From positions 1 to 62,690 of the IMG/VR virus record IMGVR_UViG_3300032883_000564: 62,690 nt of DNA; one strand, written 5' to 3'. Origin of the DNA: a virus. Taxonomy: Duplodnaviria; Caudoviricetes. The position numbers were made by a program, and so were the translations under genes. The notes beneath the pieces were generated by a model, which saw nothing but the letters and a program-made list of their open reading frames with translations, did not search any database and was not told the DNA's origin. Positions within the stretch are counted from its first letter, which is position 1; every line of letters begins with the position of its first letter. Below are positions 18,717 to 26,474 of the stretch, piece after piece.

Positions 18717-19400
18717 TCAGAAGATGAGCTGGCCCCGGCCCACCTTGCCGGAACCCATGTACGGCTCCAAGCGCTCCAGCGCCTCGGGGGGCAACACGCC
18801 TCCCTTGCCTCCCTTGCCGTCCTTCTTCGCGCGTGTGTACGAGTAGTCGCCCAACTTCTCGCTCTCGATGCCGCTCACGCTCTGACCCCGCTGCCGGTAC
18901 ATCGCTGCCGCCGTGAGCGCGACGGCCTCGCGGACGGGTGCCGGCACCTCGTTCGAAGCCGTGTACGTTACGACAACGCGGTCGTAGGTCACGGGCTTGA
19001 CGTCTACCGACAGGAGCGCCTCACCCAGCCCTCCACGCCGCCGAGGGAAGGCAGGAGCACGTTCCGCGAAGGCCTCCACGTCGCGCAGTAGGCGCAGGCG
19101 GCCCAGGGGATGCAGCGAGTACTCGGCAGTCTGCAATTGGCGACCGCTGTCCGTCGGCGTCAGATAGGCAAAGAGCGTGACGCCGGTTGGCACCTCATCC
19201 TTCAGGGTCAACAGGTCGCCTTGCTGCACGCTGGGAAACGTCTCGGTGATGGCTCCACTGGCGTCCCAGTCCCGACCCGTGACGCGTTTGACCTCCTCGG
19301 AGGCGGCGTCCAGGAAGGGCTGCAGGACCGTTCCGGGAGCACTCTGGGCGTCCTCGTCCAGCCAGCGGCGTACATCAGCGGTCGTTGCGAGGCTCACCAC
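18717..19400 (-). CDS. Head-tail adaptor protein
   Basis: LATTADVR, VTYTAS..VPAPVREAV, ESEKLGDYSYT motifs. Confidence 0.8.
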   Translation of the reverse strand: MVSLATTADVRRWLDEDAQSAPGTVLQPFLDAASEEVKRVTGRDWDASGAITETFPSVQQGDLLTLKDEVPTGVTLFAYLTPTDSGRQLQTAEYSLHPLGRLRLLRDVEAFAERAPAFPRRRGGLGEALLSVDVKPVTYDRVVVTYTASNEVPAPVREAVALTAAAMYRQRGQSVSGIESEKLGDYSYTRAKKDGKGGKGGVLPPEALERLEPYMGSGKVGRGQLIF

Positions 19401-19816
19401 CAGGCTCCATGCGCGAGGGCTACACCAAGAATGACGCAGCCAATCGTAACCAGCACGCCTAGGATCGACCAGGCTGCTTTCCCCGTCAGTCCCATGCCGC
19501 TGGCGATGCCCTCAACCTTAGCCTTCCAGAGCTTGAGCGTGCTGACATCGCTGTTGATGCGCTTGACCTCACCAAGTATCTGCGTGTGGCTAGACTCGTT
19601 CCTCTTGCACGACTCAAGAAACTCAACGTCGCGGAAGCGGCGAAACTCGTCACGAAGTCCCGAGATGGCTTCCACCTTTAGAGCCTCGATGGCGCCGATC
19701 GTCTCGGACTTCAAGTCCGAGATCCCTTTGAGCGTCTCAGCGTGCACGAGTGCGGCTGCTGTTGCGGCAGCCGAAGCTGCGACGGCCGCTATCGTTTCAG
19801 TTCTTTCCTCTGCCAT
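19394..19816 (-). CDS. Coiled-coil protein with C-terminal transmembrane helix (holin/XhlA-like, uncertain)
   Basis: AAWSILGVLVTIGCVILGVALA hydrophobic segment. Confidence 0.55.
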   Translation of the reverse strand: MAEERTETIAAVAASAAATAAALVHAETLKGISDLKSETIGAIEALKVEAISGLRDEFRRFRDVEFLESCKRNESSHTQILGEVKRINSDVSTLKLWKAKVEGIASGMGLTGKAAWSILGVLVTIGCVILGVALAHGAWW

Positions 19817-19822
19817 CGTCCG

Positions 19823-20134
19823 TCAGTCCGACGGGACGAACGTCACGTCACAGGCACCGCTGAACATGGCCCGGATGCCGGTCGTGAACGCGACGCCGAT
19901 CTCGATCACCGGCGGCGGCGTGGTCGAGATCAGCACGGTCATCTTGATCGGGTCGGTGTCCAGGAGACCATCGCGCAGAGTGATCGTCCGGTTCGCCCCA
20001 GGCGGGGTGCCGACGATGATGCGGTGCAGGACAGCCTCCTTGGCGCGCACCTGCACCGTGGTGCCGCCGGCGCCGCCGGCCACCGGATTGCTCGCAGCAA
20101 GCGAGCTGTACAACACGTCATTCAAGGTGGGCAT
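19823..20134 (-). CDS. Structural protein, hypothetical
   Basis: GGAGG RBS; beta-rich; downstream of capsid. Confidence 0.65.
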   Translation of the reverse strand: MPTLNDVLYSSLAASNPVAGGAGGTTVQVRAKEAVLHRIIVGTPPGANRTITLRDGLLDTDPIKMTVLISTTPPPVIEIGVAFTTGIRAMFSGACDVTFVPSD

Positions 20135-20147
20135 CGCGGCCCTCCTT

Positions 20148-20747
20148 CTACGTCGTCGGCAGCGCGATCACCACCGTCGCGAACTTGCCAGCGGCCCCGC
20201 CGCCAGTCCCGTCGGCGATCGTGCAGATCAGCGGCGCTGTCGCGGGCAGGATGCCGGCACCAAGGAACACCTGGCCGATAGTCGCCGATGCGACCGGAAC
20301 CTGGTCGAGCAGCCCGTCGGGATCGGCAGCCCAGCCCCAGTCGAACGTAGGCTTCAACGTCACGGCGGCCAGCGTCTCGGTGCAGATCGCCACGACGATG
20401 CAGGCCCGGTCCTTCGTCGCGTGAGCGGCCATGAGCGCCACAGGGGATGCGTCGGCGTGGTCCACGTTCCCGCTCGTACCCAGGCCAGCGGCGATCGCGG
20501 CAGCCAGCGCAGCACCCTGCGCGAACTTGGCCGCCGTGAGCGTTCCGTCGGTCACCTTGACGGCTGTCACAGCGCCATCGGCCAGTTCGGCGGTGCTCAC
20601 CGAGCCCGGCGTCAGCTCGCCGGCCTGTATTGAGGCGACGATCAGATCAACCAGCTCTCCTATCCAGGGCATCACTGGCTGCCCACCGCCGCCGTAGCTG
20701 AACGTAGCTACGAGCTGCGCTCTCACTTGTTCAATCGCGGTAGTCAT
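20148..20747 (-). CDS. Putative head decoration / head fibre protein
   Basis: Directly after capsid; GSVSTAELADGAVTAVKVTDGTLTAAK fibre-type repeats; AAGGAGG RBS. Confidence 0.6.
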   Translation of the reverse strand: MTTAIEQVRAQLVATFSYGGGGQPVMPWIGELVDLIVASIQAGELTPGSVSTAELADGAVTAVKVTDGTLTAAKFAQGAALAAAIAAGLGTSGNVDHADASPVALMAAHATKDRACIVVAICTETLAAVTLKPTFDWGWAADPDGLLDQVPVASATIGQVFLGAGILPATAPLICTIADGTGGGAAGKFATVVIALPTT

Positions 20748-20766
20748 GGACACCTCCTTGGCGAGA

Positions 20767-20799
20767 GCGGGGCTGCACCGCCTAGCAGCGCAGCCCCGC
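20767..20799 (-). other. 10-bp GC hairpin 3' of the capsid gene
   Basis: GCGGGGCTGC...GCAGCCCCGC; no U-tract, so possibly an mRNA stabiliser or pause site. Confidence 0.5.
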
Positions 20800-20818
20800 G
20801 TCTCAGCGACCTATCGCG

Positions 20819-22129
20819 TTAGGCGATCTTCACGCGCCGGGCCTGGGCGTGCAGCTTCTCCCACGGCACCTGGACAGCCATCAGGCTCTCCAGGAGGAAG
20901 TCGTAGGAGGCACGCGTCCGGCCCAGCTCGATGAACGTCACCAGGTTGTCCACGGGCTGCCCGATCGGGTCGACGAGGCTCACCACAGAGGCGCCCCGGT
21001 CATTGGGGTTCAGGTTGACGAAGAAGAGGCTCTCCTCTCCGGCCCCCAGGTACCTCTTGCTGGCAGCGCCGCCGGGCCGCGTAAGGGGAGTCGAGTCCGA
21101 CCAGGCGGCCACGTTCCCCGTGATCTTGCCGTCGCCATCGCGGGTCTTGCCCGGGATGGTTGTGTACAGGTAGGCCGTACCGGCCCCACCGTCCACGTCC
21201 GAGCGGTAGATCTTGTAGAGCAGCGCGAGCGGGTCCGCCACCCAGGTCAGGTTGGCGATGTGCTCCGTCGCCCCCGACGTGCAGTTGCACTCGGCCGCGG
21301 CCCGCTGCTCGCCGTTCTCGTAGACCGCTGCCACCTGGTAGCGGTACACGCCGTTCGGCAGGCCGGCGCCAGTGGCGATGGCCGCAGCCAGGGTCCCCGG
21401 TGCCTGGGCGGACGGCTTGACGTAGTCCGTCTCCAGGATCGGATAGCCCCGGTACAGCGTCATGCGGAAGCCGCCCTCGTACTCCACCGTCTGCACGTCA
21501 CGCCGTGCCAGGGTCTGGAGGCCGGAGATCTTCGACACCATGCCCTTGCTGGCGACGAAGATGGCCGGGTCCTTGTCCGCGCCCCGGAAGCCCGTGGCCC
21601 CGTCGATCATGTCGTCGAGCAGCTTCAGGGTGATGACGGCGTTGTGGTCGATGATGTTGGTCACGATCTGCCGATCCAGCCCGTCGGGGATGTAGGGGTC
21701 AGCCGTCGCCCCCCAGAGGATGGCGAACTCGGCCTGGTTCGACATGGCCTCCACGCCGGCCTGCTGCTCCGCGACCAGCGAGTCGATGAACCGCTGGGCG
21801 GCGGCCCGCTGGAAGCCCGTTACGGCGCCCCAGTAGTGCAGGGGCTTCAGCGTGACCGTGGGCCGGTCGTAGGTCGACTGGACGGCGCCGGCCCGGTTAT
21901 CGACGAGCTCGCCCTCAAAGGCGGCCGCGCCGTGGGCCGTGCGGCGGACGATCTCGTGCACCCGCCCCTTGGCCTGCTTGATGGGCATCAACTGGAGCAG
22001 CGGCTGTAGCCGCAACAGCTCCTCGACGAGGGCCGGCTCAAGATCCTCAGGCTGGAGCGCCGTTCCCGACGCGCCTGCCGCCGTGAGGGCCTTGGCCAGC
22101 TCACCCGTTGCCTTGACTAGCCTTTCCAT
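20819..22129 (-). CDS. Major capsid protein (HK97 fold) with internal insertion domain
   Basis: ALQPEDLE, AAFEGE, ITLKLLDDMID, YRGYPILETDY; GGAGG before ATG 22129. Confidence 0.88.
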   Translation of the reverse strand: MERLVKATGELAKALTAAGASGTALQPEDLEPALVEELLRLQPLLQLMPIKQAKGRVHEIVRRTAHGAAAFEGELVDNRAGAVQSTYDRPTVTLKPLHYWGAVTGFQRAAAQRFIDSLVAEQQAGVEAMSNQAEFAILWGATADPYIPDGLDRQIVTNIIDHNAVITLKLLDDMIDGATGFRGADKDPAIFVASKGMVSKISGLQTLARRDVQTVEYEGGFRMTLYRGYPILETDYVKPSAQAPGTLAAAIATGAGLPNGVYRYQVAAVYENGEQRAAAECNCTSGATEHIANLTWVADPLALLYKIYRSDVDGGAGTAYLYTTIPGKTRDGDGKITGNVAAWSDSTPLTRPGGAASKRYLGAGEESLFFVNLNPNDRGASVVSLVDPIGQPVDNLVTFIELGRTRASYDFLLESLMAVQVPWEKLHAQARRVKIA

Positions 22130-22133
22130 GGGT

Positions 22134-23138
22134 CTACCTCCGCTGCATCCCGGCAAGGCCGGGGGAATACGTGTCGCCGGGACGGTCGGAGCGGGACTTC
22201 CTCTTAGGCTTCTCCTCCCGCGTGTCCTCGGCGTCCACAGCGATGCTCTTGTAGATGGGCCGCTTCGCCTGGGCGATGCCCTCGCGGATCATCTTCATCA
22301 CCTGACCGGCGGTTACCGGAGCCTCCTCGGACTGGACGGCCTCTTCTTCGCCGTCCCTCTTCTCCGTAGGCTGCTCCTGCCCCTCCTTCAGGGCTGCCAG
22401 TTGCTCCGCGAGTTCTCCCATGCCCCTGAGCACTTCGGCCTGGAACTCGTCGGCGACCTCGACCTCGACATCGCCGAGCTTCACCTTCACGGGCTCCGTC
22501 GACTTCACGCCGGCGCCGCCCAAGACCTCGGTCACCTTGATGCCGAACGCCTGGACGGCCGCTAGGACCAGCGGGAGCTTGGGATCGACGTCGCTCTCGA
22601 GCACGTTGTCGATGACGTCCATGAGGACCCAGAGGCAGGTCCAGATGTCGTCTTCCGCAGCCTGGGCGGCGTAGGCCGTGTTGAAGTCGGTCTTCTCCTG
22701 GGCCTGCTTCTGCCGGTCCAGCATGGCCACGGCGACCTGCCCGGAGCGCGGAAGTTCCGACATGTGCTCCGCCAGGAAGCCGACGGCACCGGCGACCGTC
22801 AACGGCTCGACGGGTGCGGGCGGTTCAACTGCGGCGGGAGCAGCCTCAGGGGTAGCCTCGGGAGCTGCAGCCTCGGCTTCCGGCTCCTCGGCCTTGCTCA
22901 CTGTCTCCGTGGCCTCCGGTTCTGTGGCCTCCGGCTCCTCGGGATGCTCCTCAGCCGTGGCTTCCGGCTCCGGGACCTCGGGGTCATGCTTCTCTTTGGC
23001 CACTGTGTCCTCCTCCTGGCGCTTCATAAGCAGGAACTCGCGCCCAATGGCAGGCGAATCCACCATGCTGACGATGGTTACCGTCAGCTCTTCGAGGCGG
23101 TAAGCTGCGGGGTCTTCGGTGTTCGCTCTGCTCTTCAT
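22134..23138 (-). CDS. Scaffold protein with N-terminal protease-type strand
   Basis: RLEELTVTIVSMVDSPA at the N-terminus, then acidic low-complexity and coiled-coil regions; precedes capsid. Confidence 0.7.
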   Translation of the reverse strand: MKSRANTEDPAAYRLEELTVTIVSMVDSPAIGREFLLMKRQEEDTVAKEKHDPEVPEPEATAEEHPEEPEATEPEATETVSKAEEPEAEAAAPEATPEAAPAAVEPPAPVEPLTVAGAVGFLAEHMSELPRSGQVAVAMLDRQKQAQEKTDFNTAYAAQAAEDDIWTCLWVLMDVIDNVLESDVDPKLPLVLAAVQAFGIKVTEVLGGAGVKSTEPVKVKLGDVEVEVADEFQAEVLRGMGELAEQLAALKEGQEQPTEKRDGEEEAVQSEEAPVTAGQVMKMIREGIAQAKRPIYKSIAVDAEDTREEKPKRKSRSDRPGDTYSPGLAGMQRR

Positions 23139-23142
23139 GACA

Positions 23143-23207
23143 TCAAAAAAGCGACTGCCTGTTTGGGCAGTCGCGGCTGCGCTAAAGCGACCCTAGACGC
23201 TAGGCGG
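23143..23207 (-). terminator. Leader element 2: -10-like TAGGGT, same 20-mer, hairpin and U6
   Basis: Minus strand TAGGGT-N5-TAGCGCAGCCGCGACTGCCCAAACAGGCAGTCGC-TTTTTT. Confidence 0.7.
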
Positions 23208-23216
23208 CGTCACATC

Positions 23217-24269
23217 CTACGGCGGCGTGGCACTAGCGAGCGCCTCCACTCCTGCGGGCAATTCCTTGACAGGGATGCGCAGCCCGCGGCCCATGATCGA
23301 GAAGCCGCGCAACTCGCCGCTCTCCACCTGCCGCCACACCTCCTCGTCCATGACCTTGACGGACATGACCCAGTCGCCGGCGCCCACGGGCTGGTCACCC
23401 AGCTCGAAGTCCACCGGCGCCTGGTAGCACTCCACCACGCGCAAGAGAGGGTTGACGACCTCGTTGTGCATCACGTCGAGCTGTTGGAAGGCGATCATGT
23501 ACTTCTCCATCGCCTTCCAGATCTCGTCCGGCTCGACATAGTCGTCCTGGTAGTCGACGGTGTTGGCCGCCAGGACATGACCTGTGACGACGCGCCGCTC
23601 GCTGTTTATCTTCAGGATGGGGGCGAAGACCGACCAGCGTCCGTCATCCTCGACCTTCAGAACAGGACGCATCTCGGGAGCCACGCGCTTCCCCTGGGCC
23701 TGCCCGAGTTGATCGAGGACGGAGCGCACGTGGCCGATGGCCTGCTCAGCCGCGTCGATGGCGTTGCGGAGCGTCTCCTCGTTCTTCGCCGAGAGGACGC
23801 GTCCTTCCTTGGACAGCCCGTCGCCGTCTGCCTTCTGCTGCTTCCAGGGGGGAGTGCGCGAAAACTGCTCATAGTGTCGGGCCAAATGTGCCTTGACCCC
23901 GTCGAGGTCGCCGGAGGCGCCGACCACTTGATCCATACGCCCGGCGGCTGCGGAGAGCCCATCGAGCACCACCGCGCCTTGCCCGGACTTTGCAGCCTCA
24001 TGGTGCGGAAGCTTCAGGTCGCCGAAACTGTCAGCGATCCCATCGCCGTCGGCGTCGCCGAACCAGGCGAAGTGCTTCGTGATGCGCTTCTTCTCGGCGT
24101 CGCTCAGGTCCGCCCAGGTACTATCGGTGAAATCGCTTAGGTTCGGCTTCGACCAGGCCGTGTCCTCGGGCGCCTTAGCGGTCTCGTGGGTGGGCACGGC
24201 GCCCTTGGCGAGGTCCTCACGCTCTAGCAGGGCCAGCAGGTTCTTCAGGGCCTCGCGCAGTTCAGTCAT
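23217..24269 (-). CDS. XkdF-like prohead serine protease with N-terminal extra domain
   Basis: ERRVVTGHVL, DYQDD, DVMH, GDWVMSVKV.DEEVW..VESGELRGFSIMG. Confidence 0.85.
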   Translation of the reverse strand: MTELREALKNLLALLEREDLAKGAVPTHETAKAPEDTAWSKPNLSDFTDSTWADLSDAEKKRITKHFAWFGDADGDGIADSFGDLKLPHHEAAKSGQGAVVLDGLSAAAGRMDQVVGASGDLDGVKAHLARHYEQFSRTPPWKQQKADGDGLSKEGRVLSAKNEETLRNAIDAAEQAIGHVRSVLDQLGQAQGKRVAPEMRPVLKVEDDGRWSVFAPILKINSERRVVTGHVLAANTVDYQDDYVEPDEIWKAMEKYMIAFQQLDVMHNEVVNPLLRVVECYQAPVDFELGDQPVGAGDWVMSVKVMDEEVWRQVESGELRGFSIMGRGLRIPVKELPAGVEALASATPP

Positions 24270-24499
24270 TCCTCACCTGTCTCGCTCAACATCTCCCGCA
24301 ACTGGCGGCGCAGCGACGGCGACAGGCCCGAGCCTAGGGCGCCCTTCACGATCTCGGCGATGCCGATCCGGTTCTCGTGGTGCTCGCCGTGGTGTCTCGT
24401 GCCCACCAGTACGCTGTCTCCATCGACGATCAGCACCGGCGTCCGGCAGCGCGGCTGACTACACAGGAGCGTCGTGCGCTGGCCGGCCATCAGGACCAA
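24266..24499 (-). CDS. Small metal-binding hypothetical protein
   Basis: CSQPRC...RHHGEHH; stop overlaps the protease start. Confidence 0.55.
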   Translation of the reverse strand: MVLMAGQRTTLLCSQPRCRTPVLIVDGDSVLVGTRHHGEHHENRIGIAEIVKGALGSGLSPSLRRQLREMLSETGEE

Positions 24500-24854
24500 A
24501 GGTCTGCTCCACCTGTTCCGGGAAGGCGCCGCGCGACGCCTCGCGGGCTTCCTCCTGGCTGATCTCCGGGTACAGGCTGCTCATGACGCCAGGGTCACGG
24601 CAGATAGCAGCGCGCAGCACCTTCAGGCGACTGCGCGTCATGCCCGGTATCGCCAGCAACTCCGCGTCCGTCCGCTCGTCCAGCATCTGGGCGCTCACGG
24701 TACGAAGCCCTCCGCCCAGCTCAATCTGATACCAGGGCCACCCCTTGCGGATGACCTCGCGGAGCGACTCGGGGATGTTCAGCTCTTCTAAGTACATGCT
24801 GCTGTCAGGGCCGGGCTTCTGGACCGTCCGATTGATGATGGCCGGAAACGGCAT
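24459..24854 (-). CDS. Helix-hairpin-helix / alpha-CTD-like protein
   Basis: TDAELLAIPGMTRSRLKVLR; GGAGG RBS. Confidence 0.6.
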   Translation of the reverse strand: MPFPAIINRTVQKPGPDSSMYLEELNIPESLREVIRKGWPWYQIELGGGLRTVSAQMLDERTDAELLAIPGMTRSRLKVLRAAICRDPGVMSSLYPEISQEEAREASRGAFPEQVEQTFGPDGRPAHDAPV

Positions 24855-24920
24855 CCGTACACCTCCATGCCCAGCCTAGAAAGGCGGGCGCTCAGCACAA
24901 AGCTTGCCGTGGCAACGCCA

Positions 24921-25301
24921 TCACCCGGCGCCAGCCTTCTTTGTCTCGCAGAACCCACCAGCACTCGGCGACGCAGGCGGCACAGACCGACGAAAGAGGC
25001 CCCATACCCAGCGGCCGCCGAAGATTGTCCGCAGGAGGACGACCACGGCCCGGGCCTTGAAGGGCCGGCAGGAGAAGACGTCGGCATATCCCTGCGAGTC
25101 GTGAATAGCGATGGCTATATGCGATTCGGCGATGAGCACGAAGCCCTGCCCGTACTCCTCGGAGATGCAGGCTGGGGCTATCTTTGTTAGGCCGGTGAGA
25201 AGCCGGGCACGCAGAAGGAAGCGGGCGATGTCCCCCTGCTGGCAGGTTACGCCCTCGCCGTTGGCGATTAGATGATAGCCTCGAATCGTTGTCTTCCCCA
25301 C
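24921..25301 (-). CDS. speD: S-adenosylmethionine decarboxylase-like pyruvoyl proenzyme
   Basis: GYHLIA, GFVLIAESHIAI self-cleavage motif, YADVFSCRPF; substrate not determinable from sequence. Confidence 0.8.
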   Translation of the reverse strand: MGKTTIRGYHLIANGEGVTCQQGDIARFLLRARLLTGLTKIAPACISEEYGQGFVLIAESHIAIAIHDSQGYADVFSCRPFKARAVVVLLRTIFGGRWVWGLFRRSVPPASPSAGGFCETKKAGAG

Positions 25302-26027
25302 TCACGCCGCCTCCTCCAGGTCGCCGCCGAGCCAGGGCGACTCAGGTCGGTCGGCCTCGTCATACTCGACTTCTAGCGAATGAGAGCAGTTCACATGCAG
25401 CGGAAGTGACCAAGTGTAGCCCTCCTCCAGCGACACCCAGTCCTCGGCGACCAGGTCCTCGCAGTCAGGGCAGACCGCATCCTGGGGATCGACCCTGGCC
25501 CGTCCCGTGAGCTCGTTGTGGTAGATGAAGTCTACCTGGGCGTAGTTGCGCGCCGTGCCGAGTTCGGTGGCACTGATGCCCGGCAGTTGCTTCTGCCAGC
25601 GTGCGGCGTCCCAGTCAGATAGCCTTTTCAGGTAGGTGGACCTATTGGCCGTGGCTACGTCTTCCCCGATGCGAGCGATCTGCCGGCGCATCTCGGCGTT
25701 GTACGTGTCGCTGATGCTGCTCGCCGCGAACTGGGCCCGGCCGCGCAGGTCGCCGAGCACCATCGGGTCCGTCAACTTGAGGGTGCCAGCGAGGTCATAG
25801 CCCGCCACCCGCGCCTCCTGGAGGATGGCCGCGCCGAAGTCGCTCGTTGCCTGCTCAAAGAGTTCCTCTGTGAGGAGGTCGGTGTAGCTCGGGCCGACGC
25901 TGAAGGCCTCGTAGACCATCTGTTGGACCGCCGTGAGCTGCTGCTTGGCCACCGGGGCGGGATAGGCGAGCGAGAGGATGGCGCTCTTCGCCTTGCAGTA
26001 CCCCTCAGGGCTTCCGAAAGGCAACAT
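25302..26027 (-). CDS. MuF-like minor head protein
   Basis: ISATELGTAR, CPDC, PLHVNCSH; TGATG-coupled ATG 26027. Confidence 0.75.
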   Translation of the reverse strand: MLPFGSPEGYCKAKSAILSLAYPAPVAKQQLTAVQQMVYEAFSVGPSYTDLLTEELFEQATSDFGAAILQEARVAGYDLAGTLKLTDPMVLGDLRGRAQFAASSISDTYNAEMRRQIARIGEDVATANRSTYLKRLSDWDAARWQKQLPGISATELGTARNYAQVDFIYHNELTGRARVDPQDAVCPDCEDLVAEDWVSLEEGYTWSLPLHVNCSHSLEVEYDEADRPESPWLGGDLEEAA

Positions 26028-26227
26028 CACAACTGCTTGCCGCAGTACCGGCAGCTCGGCGGCCCATTCTGGTACGTCATCTGCCAGCGCCCGCAGTGAC
26101 CGCACTTGACCGACCGAGCGTAGCTTCCGCCCAGCGGCGACGGTGCCTCCGGCCCACGAGGTGCCACCGGCGGGCTGGCTTGCCGCCCCGCCCGGGCCGC
26201 TCTTCCCTCAGCCCAGCGCTTGCCCAA
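26027..26227 (-). CDS. Small Zn-ribbon protein
   Basis: CGHC...CRYC; translationally coupled. Confidence 0.5.
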   Translation of the reverse strand: MGKRWAEGRAARAGRQASPPVAPRGPEAPSPLGGSYARSVKCGHCGRWQMTYQNGPPSCRYCGKQL

Positions 26228-26474
26228 CTTCGACCTCCTGCCTGGCTACCGCTCCTCCGCTTGTGGCAGCGCCCGAAGCTTGGGTCGACGACCCGGCTTG
26301 CCGGGCCCGTTCGGCCTCTGTGTCAGCAGCCGCTCTCCGTTGAGCACCTTCCGGCCCTTTGTGATTCCCTCCGGGCCGGCGCGGCTGCCGGTAGCCGCAC
26401 TGAAGGCAGAAGTCCTCGTTCTCGGAGATGTCCAGGGCCATCTGACCCCTCTGGCAGCGAAGACACCCTCTCAT
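26208..26474 (-). CDS. Small Zn-ribbon protein
   Basis: CLRC...CLQCGY; coupled to the portal stop. Confidence 0.6.
   Translation of the reverse strand: MRGCLRCQRGQMALDISENEDFCLQCGYRQPRRPGGNHKGPEGAQRRAAADTEAERARQAGSSTQASGAATSGGAVARQEVEVGQALG

Noticed and set aside
23139-23219. Amber read-through or recoding fusing protease and scaffold
   Set aside because: In frame, but two TAG codons and a terminator-like hairpin intervene; TAG is a normal stop for many genes here
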